From Vicinamibacterales bacterium (lineage in GTDB: Bacteria > Acidobacteriota > Vicinamibacteria > Vicinamibacterales > UBA2999), in NCBI GenBank assembly GCA_036407095.1, contig DASWZV010000173.1, forward strand, positions 33,531 to 97,530: a stretch of DNA of 64,000 bases, in the 5' to 3' direction. Position numbers and translations under genes: made by a program. Shown piece by piece: positions 27,897 to 37,356 of the stretch. The notes under the pieces were generated by a model. It searched no databases and was not told the origin of the DNA. It worked only from the letters and a program-made list of their open reading frames with translations. Positions within the stretch are counted from its first letter, which is position 1; the number at the start of each line of letters is the position of its first letter.

Positions 27897-28517
27897 TCAG
27901 TACGTGAAGAGCAGGCCGCCGTAGATTCTGTGGCCGTAGCGCACTTCCTCGCGGCCGAAGAATCCTGGCGCGTTCGCGTTGTCGTTCACGACCATCAGCC
28001 GGTAGTCGCCACGCGCGCCCCAGTGACGATTCGCGAACCACTTCAGCCCGCCGCCCACGTTCCCCGTGAGGTAGTTGACCGGCGCGGTGACGCCGAGATT
28101 GGCGACCTCGTCAGTCTGGAGCATCCGCATTCCACCGATCCCGCCAATGACATAGGGCACGAACGGTCGATCGTTGCCGATCGGATTGAAGACCGCGTTG
28201 CCGCTGTACGTGAACAGATTCGGCGTGTGCTGGCTTGGGAGCGTTTCGCCGTTGAAATCGATCGACTGCTTGACGCCGACAGCACCGCCGACTTCGCCCT
28301 CGACACCGAACCAGCGGTTGAAGTTCCAGCCGAAAGCGCCCGCTACGGTGTAGTTGCCGAAGTTCGGTTCAGTACCGGTTGACGAATTTCCGAAGACGAT
28401 CGCGCCGCCTGGAATCGCACTGATCTCGATCCGGCCTGCGCCTGCGGTTTCCTGCGCGGCGGCCGACCATGCGACGGTGGTCAGCGCCAGTGCAGCGAAG
28501 AAGAGAATTTTTCGCAT
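27897..28517 (-). CDS. Outer-membrane beta-barrel protein
   Basis: Signal peptide MRKILFF...AAAQ, amphipathic strands, C-terminal LLFTY, RBS GGAGG. Confidence 0.85.
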   Translation of the reverse strand: MRKILFFAALALTTVAWSAAAQETAGAGRIEISAIPGGAIVFGNSSTGTEPNFGNYTVAGAFGWNFNRWFGVEGEVGGAVGVKQSIDFNGETLPSQHTPNLFTYSGNAVFNPIGNDRPFVPYVIGGIGGMRMLQTDEVANLGVTAPVNYLTGNVGGGLKWFANRHWGARGDYRLMVVNDNANAPGFFGREEVRYGHRIYGGLLFTY

Positions 28518-28665
28518 ATATCCCTCCGTGGTTCGCCGGTATGCAAACGCAATTCGCAGACCAGTCGTCACAGGAGGAGAGATGCGGAAGATGAAGAGAC
28601 GCCGCATGCGACGACGCGGAGTCTTTCGCATGGCGCGCGAAACGTTTCGCGCGAGATCGGATTAC

Positions 28666-28724
28666 GGTCCGCCTGCCGCCTTCGCCTCGAGGCTTCGGCG
28701 GGCCAGGGAAGGCGGACCCCCACG
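28666..28724. repeat. Branched REP element
   Basis: GGTCCGCCT-GCCGCCTTCGC...GCTTCGGCGG-GAAGGCGGACC; relatives at 31563-31623 and 32849-32907. Confidence 0.7.
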
Positions 28725-28729
28725 GATGT

Positions 28730-29215
28730 CTACTCGTTATCAGCGGGCGTTTCGGTCGCGGTCCACTCGTCCTGCTTCCACTTGGCGTCGCCGTTGCCGG
28801 ACGCCACCGCTTCTTCCGCGGGCGCGGGCTCGTGAACGGATTTCTTCGGGGATTTTTTCGGCGGCGCCGAACGCGGGGCGGCGGCGCGCGCGGCCGCAGC
28901 GGCATGGGCTTTGGTTTTCTTGGCTTTCTTCGCCTGCTTCGACGCGGCCTTCTTGCGGCTCCTCGCTTCCTTCTTCTCCGCCTTCGCGGACTTGGCCGCG
29001 GCCTTTGCCGCGCTCTTGCCGGCTTCGTCTTCTTCTTTCCGCGCGCGGCGCGCGGCTTTGGCGGCGCGCTTGACCTCTTTCTTGGCGTCCTTCAACTTCG
29101 ATTTCGTCTGACGCGCTTCCTCCTTGAGCGCCTTGACTCGCTGCTTGGCGTCGATGAGGGCGGCGTTCAGCGCTATGGCCTTGCCTGTGCCTGTCGCGAT
29201 TTCTCGGCGTTTCAT
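28730..29215 (-). CDS. Lys/Ala-rich histone H1-like basic protein
   Basis: Coiled-coil then KAAK-type low-complexity region and an acidic tail; AAG/GCG codon bias. Confidence 0.75.
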   Translation of the reverse strand: MKRREIATGTGKAIALNAALIDAKQRVKALKEEARQTKSKLKDAKKEVKRAAKAARRARKEEDEAGKSAAKAAAKSAKAEKKEARSRKKAASKQAKKAKKTKAHAAAAARAAAPRSAPPKKSPKKSVHEPAPAEEAVASGNGDAKWKQDEWTATETPADNE

Positions 29216-29242
29216 AGGCCGAATCATAGATCGATTGTCGAT

Positions 29243-29338
29243 TCAGAACAGGATCACGGTCGCCACGCCCAGAAACAGGAAAAATCCCATCGCCTCGGTC
29301 ACAAACGTCAGGAGCACGCTCGAACCATAGGCCGGATC
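29243..29338 (-). pseudogene. mgtE: 3' remnant of magnesium transporter MgtE
   Basis: DPAYGSSVLLTFVTEAMGFFLFLGVATVILF* matches the MgtE C-terminal DPA...T..TD..GF..FLG.AT pattern. The upstream part is replaced by a palindrome. Confidence 0.75.
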
Positions 29339-29631
29339 AACACGGGGGCAACGGAGCGACCGGGGGAACGGGAAAGGAATCACGCAGAGATCGCTGAGCG
29401 GCGGAGATCGCGGAGCGCTCCGGCGACCGGTGGCTCGCGCTGCGCGCGAGTGGATCGAGAGGAAGCGAAGAAAACGAACGCCAGCTGCGGTGAAGGGCGC
29501 TCGTTTTCTTCGCTTCCTCTCGGTCCATCCGCCGGCCGAAGGCCGGCGACCACCGGTCGCCTCCGCGATCTCCGCTCCTCGGCGATCTCTGCGTGATCCC
29601 TTCCCGTTTCCCCGTTACCCCCGTGTGATCC
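29334..29631. repeat. ~300-bp imperfect palindrome
   Basis: Paired arms include CACGCAGAGATCGC/GCGATCTCTGCGTG, GGCGACCGGTGG/CCACCGGTCGCC and GAGAGGAAGCGAAGAAAACGA/TCGTTTTCTTCGCTTCCTCTC. Confidence 0.9.
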
Positions 29632-29721
29632 AGCTCTCTCCGCGATCTCCGTTAACACCGTAACCCGAATCCGCAAAGTCTTCGTGAACACGAATGACGA
29701 TGTTAGGCTGAGCAGAGAGAC

Positions 29722-31590
29722 ATGATGGGCGACACGGCGGCACTCACGGGCGCATCACCGTTGCTGGATGTCGTCGCCCGTTATTGGGGCTACGACACGC
29801 TGCGTCCACTGCAGCGCGAAGCGATGGATGCGGTGCTCGCCGGGCGCGACTCGGTGGTCGTGCTCCCGACCGGAAGCGGAAAGTCATTGTGCTTCCAGGC
29901 GCCGGCGGTGCTGACACCAGGTCTGGCCGTCGTGGTGTCGCCGCTCATCTCGCTGATGAAGGACCAGGTCGACACGCTCGTTGGTAACGGCGTCGCTGCG
30001 GGCTTGTACAACAGTTCGCTCGGGGCGGACGAAAAAGCTGCCGTGTCGGCGGGCCTTCGCGAGGGGCGTTATCGCCTCCTCTACGTCTCTCCTGAACGGC
30101 TCGTCGGCGAAGGCGGCGACGGCTTCCTCGCGCGGCTGGCCTCATATGGCGTGAGCTTCGTCGCCATCGATGAAGCTCATTGCATCAGCCAATGGGGCCA
30201 CGACTTCCGTCCCGAATACCGGCAGCTGGGGCGCCTGCGGCAATTGCTCCCAGGCGCCGGCCTTCACGCCTACACCGCCACCGCAACCGCGCGCGTGCGT
30301 CGCGACATTGCCTCACAGCTCGCGCTCAAGGATCCGATCGAGCTCGTCGGCTCGTTCGATCGGCCCAACCTGCTCTATCGCGTGCTGCCGCGCGCAGTGC
30401 TGAAGCAGCAGTTGCTCGCGGTGCTCGCGCGTCATCGCGGCGAAGCGGGGATCGTCTACTGCACGTCCCGGCGCGAGGTCGACGCGCTTGCCGACTGGCT
30501 GGTCACGACCGGCGTGCGTGCGCTGCCGTATCACGCCGGTCTCTCGGACGAGGAGCGCACGCGTCACCAGGATGCGTTCATCAACGAACGCGTCGACGTG
30601 GTCGTGGCGACGGTCGCCTTCGGTATGGGCATCGATCGATCCGACGTGCGCTTCGTGGTGCATGCGGGGGCGCCGCGATCGCTCGAGCACTACCAGCAGG
30701 AATCGGGGCGCGCCGGTCGCGATGGCCTCGAGGCGGAGTGCCTGTTGATCTATTCGAGCGCCGACTTCGCGAGATGGCGCGTGATGCTGGAGCAGAACGG
30801 CGAGCTCACCGAGGGCGCACAGAGCCTGCTCCGTCAGATGGAGCGCTATGCCACCAGCGTCGGCTGCCGGCATCGCCACCTGAGCGCGTACTTCGGCGAC
30901 CGGTATCCCAACGATGACTGCGCGGCATGCGACGTGTGCCTGCGTGAGCTCGAGTCTGCGTCGGAGCCGATCGTGCTGGCGCGCAAGATTCTGTCGTGCG
31001 TGATGCGCGTCGGACAGCGTTTCGGCGCGACCCACGTCGCCAACGTGCTGCGCGGTCATGCGAGCGAGCAGGTGACCGCGCGCAGGCACGACACGCTGTC
31101 GACCTTCGGTCTGCTGCAGGATTCGACGGTCCCCGAGTTGCGCGGATACATCGAGCAGTTGATCGGCCTTGGCCTGCTGGAGCAGACCGACGATGGGTAT
31201 CCGGTGCTGCGGGTGACGAGGTCAGGGGTCGACCTGCTGAAGAACGAGCACGCCTATCCTCACCTCTCGCTCGCGCGACAGCGCGTGCCGAAGAAGGGTG
31301 AGGCGCGCGTGAAGTCGCATGCCGAGGCCGAGTCGTGGGAAGGCGTGGACCGCGCGCTGTTCGAGCATCTGCGCGGCGTGCGCCTCGACGTGGCGCGCTC
31401 GCGCGGCGTGCCTCCGTACGTGATTTTCCACGATGCAACGCTGCGCGAAATGGCTCGCATCCGGCCCTCGTCCATCGAGTCGCTGTTGACGGTGAAGGGC
31501 GTCGGCGCGAGAAAGGCGGAAGACCTGGGGACGATCTTCCTCGAGGCGATTCGCACGCATGCAGGGTCCGCCTCGCCGCCTTCGCGCTGA
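29722..31590 (+). CDS. recQ: ATP-dependent DNA helicase RecQ
   Basis: PTGSGKSLCFQ, DEAHCISQWGHDFRPEY, QESGRAGRDG, Zn Cys cluster, RQC and HRDC domains. Confidence 0.96.
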   Translation: MMGDTAALTGASPLLDVVARYWGYDTLRPLQREAMDAVLAGRDSVVVLPTGSGKSLCFQAPAVLTPGLAVVVSPLISLMKDQVDTLVGNGVAAGLYNSSLGADEKAAVSAGLREGRYRLLYVSPERLVGEGGDGFLARLASYGVSFVAIDEAHCISQWGHDFRPEYRQLGRLRQLLPGAGLHAYTATATARVRRDIASQLALKDPIELVGSFDRPNLLYRVLPRAVLKQQLLAVLARHRGEAGIVYCTSRREVDALADWLVTTGVRALPYHAGLSDEERTRHQDAFINERVDVVVATVAFGMGIDRSDVRFVVHAGAPRSLEHYQQESGRAGRDGLEAECLLIYSSADFARWRVMLEQNGELTEGAQSLLRQMERYATSVGCRHRHLSAYFGDRYPNDDCAACDVCLRELESASEPIVLARKILSCVMRVGQRFGATHVANVLRGHASEQVTARRHDTLSTFGLLQDSTVPELRGYIEQLIGLGLLEQTDDGYPVLRVTRSGVDLLKNEHAYPHLSLARQRVPKKGEARVKSHAEAESWEGVDRALFEHLRGVRLDVARSRGVPPYVIFHDATLREMARIRPSSIESLLTVKGVGARKAEDLGTIFLEAIRTHAGSASPPSR

Positions 31591-31619
31591 CGCGTTACGG
31601 CGGGCGGGGAAGGCGGACA

Positions 31620-32210
31620 CTACGACTGAGGGCGCGACGGTGTGTCGGGCACAATCCGCTCGCGGATGGTGACGCGACGGGTCGAGATGAGACTCACGTT
31701 CCGATCGAAATCCGGTGCGACCACGGGAGGCATACGCAGTTGTGCCTCGATCAACAGCCCGCGCTCCTCGAGGTCGCCATCAGTGGCCGGGACGAACTCG
31801 ACGAACCACTTGCGCTCGGCACTCGTGATGGTCAGCCGCTTCTCGAGTAGCCATCCCACATAACGCTGAAGCCGTGAACGCCGGTTCAGTCTGTCGAGTT
31901 CGTCCGACAGCGCACGAATCGTCTGCTCCCGCAGCAGCGGGATTGCGCTCTTGAGGCGCGCGTACTCTTCAGCACGAAGGTGTATGACATACCGGCTGGG
32001 AGCCACCATTGACGACCCGAGCGGCTCCAGATTCCGGTGCATGCAGCGAACGACCTCGGCGATCAGATCGAGCGTGATCTGCCGCAGCACGATCTTCGGA
32101 GGTGCGGCCGCCGGCTGGTTCAGAAGGGACGCATGTTGCGCGGTGAGGTGGCGCTCTTCGAGGAGTCGAGGAAGATCGCGAAAGGCAGAGTCCGCACTTC
32201 TCGGAAACAT
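31620..32210 (-). CDS. Stand-alone paralog of the FhaA-like N-domain (no FHA)
   Basis: MHRNLEPL...APSRYVIHL..EEYARL..IPLLREQTIRALSDEL aligns with 26116-27021. Confidence 0.75.
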   Translation of the reverse strand: MFPRSADSAFRDLPRLLEERHLTAQHASLLNQPAAAPPKIVLRQITLDLIAEVVRCMHRNLEPLGSSMVAPSRYVIHLRAEEYARLKSAIPLLREQTIRALSDELDRLNRRSRLQRYVGWLLEKRLTITSAERKWFVEFVPATDGDLEERGLLIEAQLRMPPVVAPDFDRNVSLISTRRVTIRERIVPDTPSRPQS

Positions 32211-32224
32211 GACGATTCTTCCCG

Positions 32225-32752
32225 CTATTCTTTGCCGTGGTCGGGGATGCCGGCCGCGAACCAGGTCGAGTTCGACGCGCTCCGAATCAGGAGGACCGGG
32301 CTGGCGCACTGCGACGGCACGGAGTCCAGCACGTCATGGATCTCGAAATCGCCGTTGGCTTCGAGCGCAACGCCGGTGAACGCGCTGCTTCGTTCGACGA
32401 ATGGAGCCGTGTCTTCGCAAATCAGGGTCGCGAAGACCCGTTGTGTGCCATTCGACCCGATCCGGTTGCCCGCCGCGAGCAACAGACCCTGGCCGCGCAC
32501 CCGAATGCGGCCGTCGGCGTCGATCTGAGCTTTCAAGGCCGAGATCCGCCAAGGTCCTGCAGGGAGGACGCCCCGGACCACATTTCGACTCACGCTGCTG
32601 AACGTCCCGTCCGCGTTCGCGGGGCCGACGACGTTCAACACCGGTTGGACGCCGATGCCGCCCTTGAACGACGCGACGACGTTGGGACTGTCCATCCTCG
32701 CCGGAGCAGTGAGGCCGAGAGTCAAGGGAAGAACGGCTGCCAGCTTTCTCAT
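32225..32752 (-). CDS. Secreted hypothetical protein
   Basis: MRKLAAVLPL signal-like start, RBS GGAGG, two Cys, ends WFAAGIP. Confidence 0.7.
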   Translation of the reverse strand: MRKLAAVLPLTLGLTAPARMDSPNVVASFKGGIGVQPVLNVVGPANADGTFSSVSRNVVRGVLPAGPWRISALKAQIDADGRIRVRGQGLLLAAGNRIGSNGTQRVFATLICEDTAPFVERSSAFTGVALEANGDFEIHDVLDSVPSQCASPVLLIRSASNSTWFAAGIPDHGKE

Positions 32753-32907
32753 CACACCTCCATCCCCGCGATGGATAAGTGTGGAGGGCCCGCGAGGTGG
32801 GGGCCACCGACAGCACCCGCACAGATCCCGTACGACGCCCGTACGGAGCGTACGGTCCGCCTGCCGCCTACGCGCTACGGCGCCCCAGAAAGGCGGACCC
32901 ACGTACG

Positions 32908-34656
32908 TTACGGCAGCTTCATCAAACCGATAGTGACGAGCAACGGGACGATCACGGCCACGAGTGCTTCGCCGGCGATGAGCCCGGAGGCGATCGGGAT
33001 GGAGTAGCGCTTGTGACTCGACGGTGACACCTTCGACCAGATTGTGTCGAGCGCCGCGCCCAGGAAGATGACGGTCACTGCGTTGATCGGGATGAGCATC
33101 GCGATGCCCATGCCGGTGGGCGACGGGATGAACTTCCGCCAGTCTTTCCGTTGCTCGAGGATCGTCAGCACCACACCGATCACCGCGCCGGCGATCAACG
33201 AGTTCTTCATCCACGCCACGCGGGCGGTTGCGCCCGCGGCATTGAGATCCTGCGTCACGAGCTTCGCGAAGCCGACCCAGCGCTGCGATGTGGGGCTGAG
33301 CAGTTGCGCGTGCTCGCCGATGATCCCGTAGGTATCGCGGAGCAGCGGATACATCAGCGCAAGCGCGATGGCGCCCACGGGTACCGCGATCAGCTGCATG
33401 TAGGTGAGGATGCGCGGGGTGGAGTGGATCATCGCGCCGGCACGAAAATCCTGCATCAGCCCTTCCGACTCGGCGGCGACGGCTCCAGTGATGCCGCTCG
33501 AGACCATCGTAGCGCGCAGATCACCGGGCGCGATCACGCCGAACACCGCCTGCGTGAGATTGGTCATCGCGCTGATCGGACCCCAGTTGGTCTCGCCGAG
33601 AACGCGCAGCCCGACCAGGCCGAGCGGAAGCGCCAGCGCGATTCCGAAGAGCGAGTGCCAGATCGGCGTGCCGAAGAAAACCCGCTGGACCGCGATCATG
33701 AGAATCGCGGAGGCACCACCGCCGATGAACACCCAGCGCAACGACAGGTCTTCAGACGTGGCGGTCGACGCGGTCATGTCGTGAAAGGTTTTCAGCAGCA
33801 CACGCCATCGCAAGAGAAGTCCTGACAGGCCGCCGGCAATCATCATTCCGATCGCCGGCCACATGATCGTCAGCAGGATGTCCACGCGACGGGCGTCGGC
33901 GGTGATCAGCCCGCGCTCCAGCAGCCAGGGCGGCATCAGCACCCATCCGATCAGCGCGCCGATCAGCATGCTCGCGCTGATCCGGAGCCCGATGATGATC
34001 CCCGAGCCGATGCTCAGGAGGGACACGCCGAAGCCGAGTCCGACGCGCGCCGAGAACGCGTTGACCACGACCGGAATCGCATCCTTGATCCACAGCATCG
34101 TCGTGGCCAGAAACGTCAGCCCCGAGATTGCGAGCGACGACATCATCGCGTAGGCCGACTTGCGCGCCTGCGGGCCGTGCGAATCGAGCATGATCAGCGT
34201 TTCGCCCGCGGCGATGCCGTCGGGGAACGGCAGGTTCTCGTCCTCGATGAGGTGCTTGCGCAGCGGCACGGCGAGAAACACGCCAAGCAGCCCGGACACC
34301 GACAGCCAGATCCACGTCTGCGCCGTCGTGAGGTGGACGTCGAAGCCGCTGCCCGGCTCGGCCGCCATCATGTCGAACGCCGCGAGCAGCCAGCAGAGAA
34401 ACGCGATCTGCCCGGCGGTGGTGCCCGCGGTCTGCACGATGTTGTTTTCCCAGCGGTTGTAGCTCTTCGAGAACAGCCCGAGCGCGACGAAGCCGAAGAA
34501 AGCTGAGACGACCGAGATGTTCGGCCCGAAGCCGAACTTCAGGACGACGTAGGGATAGGACGCACCGATGACGACCGCGACGAGCAGGCCGACGGCGACC
34601 GAACGCAGTGTGAACTCGCGAATATGTGCCGGCTTCTTCGTGGCAACTTGCAGCAC
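32908..34656 (-). CDS. OPT family oligopeptide transporter
   Basis: ENNIVQT, LPFPDGIA, GETNWGP, MQDFRAG, SGLIAGE. Confidence 0.92.
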   Translation of the reverse strand: MLQVATKKPAHIREFTLRSVAVGLLVAVVIGASYPYVVLKFGFGPNISVVSAFFGFVALGLFSKSYNRWENNIVQTAGTTAGQIAFLCWLLAAFDMMAAEPGSGFDVHLTTAQTWIWLSVSGLLGVFLAVPLRKHLIEDENLPFPDGIAAGETLIMLDSHGPQARKSAYAMMSSLAISGLTFLATTMLWIKDAIPVVVNAFSARVGLGFGVSLLSIGSGIIIGLRISASMLIGALIGWVLMPPWLLERGLITADARRVDILLTIMWPAIGMMIAGGLSGLLLRWRVLLKTFHDMTASTATSEDLSLRWVFIGGGASAILMIAVQRVFFGTPIWHSLFGIALALPLGLVGLRVLGETNWGPISAMTNLTQAVFGVIAPGDLRATMVSSGITGAVAAESEGLMQDFRAGAMIHSTPRILTYMQLIAVPVGAIALALMYPLLRDTYGIIGEHAQLLSPTSQRWVGFAKLVTQDLNAAGATARVAWMKNSLIAGAVIGVVLTILEQRKDWRKFIPSPTGMGIAMLIPINAVTVIFLGAALDTIWSKVSPSSHKRYSIPIASGLIAGEALVAVIVPLLVTIGLMKLP

Positions 34657-34780
34657 CTGGAACTCCTCTTCGGTCGCGTGAGTATACGCAGTCCGTATCG
34701 GCCGAAAGAATGTGTGCAGGGTCGCCTCGAATCGTCCCTTATCATGCGGACGGTTCCAAGCTCATCAGCAGGGAGAGGGA

Positions 34781-36604
34781 GTGACCGAATCGGTCTACGA
34801 AATCCTCCATGTCTTGCCGGACGTCGTGCTGCTGGTCGACGCGAGTGGCACCGTGGTGTTTGCCAACGATCGGGTGCAGTGTCTTGGCTACACCGCCGAC
34901 GAACTCGTGGGGCAGCCGGTCGCGACGCTGGTGCCCGAGCGGTACAGGGCCGGGCACGTGACGCACGCGGCGCGGTATCACGAGGCGCCATGGACGAGAC
35001 GCCTCGGCACCGAGTCAGGGATTCGAGCACGGCATCGCGTCGGCCATACCGTCCACGTCGACATCCAGCTGTCCTCCCACGCATTCGGCGACGCGATTCA
35101 CACCCTCTGCGTCATCCGTGATCTGACCGCGCAGAAAGCGCTCGAAGCCAGGCTCTCGACATCGGAAGAGCAATACCGCCATCTCGTCGAACATGCATCG
35201 GACGTCTTCTATCGCATTGCCGTGGACGATGATCCGCTGCAGGGCACGATGACATATGTCAGCCCGCAGGCGGAGACACTGACCGGATATCCCGCGGACA
35301 TGTTCATGCGAGATCAGCGGCTCTGGATGCAGTTGGTGCATCCGGGCGACCTGTCCGTGCTGGCCGCTGACACACAGGCCATCCTGAACAGCGGATCAGC
35401 GGGCACGCGCGAATATCGGATCCGGCATCGCAGTGACGGGCATTACACGTGGGTCGAGGATCGCGTGGTGCCGCAGTACGACGAGGCCGGTGCGCTCGTG
35501 GGCTATCAGGGGACCGCACGCGACATCACCGAGCGCTGGTGGCTGCATCACCAGCTCCGCACCATCGTCACGCTCGGCGCGGCGCTTCGCGATCGTCGTG
35601 GCCGGCAGGAGATCGTCACGTCGCTGCTCGATGCGCTGCCGCCGCTCTTCGAGGCGAACGGCGTCGCCTTCGTCAGCCGCGACGCCGCGCAGGATACGGT
35701 GACCTTCGAGCTCGCGCGGCACGCGCTTGCGTCGTGGAGCGGCCGGTCGCTGCCGACCATCGAGGCGGTGAGCGAACGTGTGATCGCGAGCGGCTCCGCC
35801 TTCGTCGCGAACTCGGCACGGACCAATCCGCGGCTCTCGCAGGAACTGCCACCCGAGGTGCAGGCGTATGCGAGCGTTCCGGTCCGCGCCGGCGAGGAGA
35901 CAGTGGGTGCGCTGGTCGTGACCAAGTCGAGCCCGTTCATCAAACGGGAGCTCACCGTGCTCGAGGCGGTCGGCGAGCTCGCGGCGATCGCGCTGCAACG
36001 GCAGCAGCTGTACGAGCAGGTGCAGCGTAAGGCGATGGATCTCGAAGAAGCGTACGAGAGCACGATTGCCGGGTGGGCGCGTGCACTCGACATGCGCGAT
36101 CGGATCACCAACGGGCACACGCAGCGTGTGACCGAGATGGCGCTGCGGCTGGCGCGCGTGCTCGACGTGCCGGCCGATCAGCTCGCACATCTGCGGCGAG
36201 GCGGCATGTTGCACGACATCGGCAAGATGGCGATCCCCGATGCCATTCTCCAGAAGCGGGGGCCGCTCACCACGGAAGAGCGCGCCATCATGGAGAAGCA
36301 TGCGGAGTACGCGGGCGAGCTGCTGGGACCGATCGAGTTTCTGCGACCCGCGCTCGACGTACCGCTCTCGCATCACGAGTGGTGGGACGGCACGGGGTAT
36401 CCACGCGGGTTGAAGGGCGACGAGATTCCGCTGCTGGCGCGGATCTTCGCGGTGGCCGACGTCTACGACGCGATTACCAGCGAGCGGCCGTATGCCCCAG
36501 CTGAGCCGCACGAGGCGGCGATGGCGTTCATCACGAAGCACAGCGGCAGCCAGTTCGATCCCGCGGTCGTCGCGGCGCTGGAATCCTTGCCTCTAAATTC
36601 CTAG
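34781..36604 (+). CDS. PAS-PAS-GAF-HD-GYP phosphodiesterase
   Basis: PAS motifs, GAF, HTQRV, LHDIGK, HHEWWDGTGYP. Confidence 0.93.
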   Translation: MTESVYEILHVLPDVVLLVDASGTVVFANDRVQCLGYTADELVGQPVATLVPERYRAGHVTHAARYHEAPWTRRLGTESGIRARHRVGHTVHVDIQLSSHAFGDAIHTLCVIRDLTAQKALEARLSTSEEQYRHLVEHASDVFYRIAVDDDPLQGTMTYVSPQAETLTGYPADMFMRDQRLWMQLVHPGDLSVLAADTQAILNSGSAGTREYRIRHRSDGHYTWVEDRVVPQYDEAGALVGYQGTARDITERWWLHHQLRTIVTLGAALRDRRGRQEIVTSLLDALPPLFEANGVAFVSRDAAQDTVTFELARHALASWSGRSLPTIEAVSERVIASGSAFVANSARTNPRLSQELPPEVQAYASVPVRAGEETVGALVVTKSSPFIKRELTVLEAVGELAAIALQRQQLYEQVQRKAMDLEEAYESTIAGWARALDMRDRITNGHTQRVTEMALRLARVLDVPADQLAHLRRGGMLHDIGKMAIPDAILQKRGPLTTEERAIMEKHAEYAGELLGPIEFLRPALDVPLSHHEWWDGTGYPRGLKGDEIPLLARIFAVADVYDAITSERPYAPAEPHEAAMAFITKHSGSQFDPAVVAALESLPLNS

Positions 36605-36616
36605 GAAAACAGGGTA

Positions 36617-36678
36617 GTAGAGCGGGGGCTTCAGCCCCCGCGGGCGAATCGACGCGCAGGCTGAAGCCTGCGCTCTAC
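36617..36678. repeat. REP doublet
   Basis: Same arms as 27820-27882. Confidence 0.85.
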
Positions 36679-36712
36679 GGCGCAACGAAAATCGCGCGAA
36701 AAGACAGGCCAG

Positions 36713-36761
36713 TTGACACCGGGCTCAGCCCGGCTGATAATGTGAATGATCGTTTACTCAC
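36713..36761 (+). promoter_or_regulatory. Sigma70 promoter and TetR operator
   Basis: TTGACA-N17-GATAAT, followed by the imperfect inverted repeat GTGAATGA-TCGT-TTACTCAC. Confidence 0.75.
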
Positions 36762-36770
36762 TACAACATC

Positions 36771-37355
36771 ATGCCGAGACACCGATTCGCCGACACCCGT
36801 GACCGCCTCGAAAAGGCCGCTGTCCGTCTGTTCGTCGAGAAGGGCGTCACCGAGACGAGCGTCCGGGATATCGCCCGGGCGGTCGACATCTCGGAAGGTG
36901 CGCTCTATCGCCATTTCGTCAGCAAGGACGAACTCGTGTGGGCGGCGTTCGAACGCCACTACGTCGAATTCGCGGGGCGGCTCGAGGTGCTCGCAAAAGC
37001 CGAGACGACGGCACGTGCAAAGCTCGCAGCGATGATTCGCGGCTTCTGTCGCGCACACGATGAGAACCCGACGCTGTTCCGCTTCCTGCTGTTCGTGCAG
37101 CATGGACAGTTGAACAAACTCCCGCCGGGCACGCCGACGCCGGTCGATGCGGTGCGCATGGTGATCGCACGAGGGATCGCCTCGAAAGAGATCCCGCCGC
37201 AGGATCCGGACTTTGCCACCGCACTCGTGTTCGGGATCGTGCTGCAACCGGTCACCTTCGCGGCGTACGGCCGGCTGCCATCGACGATGAGTTCGATGAG
37301 CGAACGCCTCGTGACTGCGGCATGGGCGGCGGTGACCTCTGTGCAGGAGAGCTGA
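36771..37355 (+). CDS. TetR family regulator
   Basis: AAVRLFVEKG...SVRDIA...SEGALYRHFVSKDEL. Confidence 0.93.
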   Translation: MPRHRFADTRDRLEKAAVRLFVEKGVTETSVRDIARAVDISEGALYRHFVSKDELVWAAFERHYVEFAGRLEVLAKAETTARAKLAAMIRGFCRAHDENPTLFRFLLFVQHGQLNKLPPGTPTPVDAVRMVIARGIASKEIPPQDPDFATALVFGIVLQPVTFAAYGRLPSTMSSMSERLVTAAWAAVTSVQES

Positions 37356-37356
37356 C

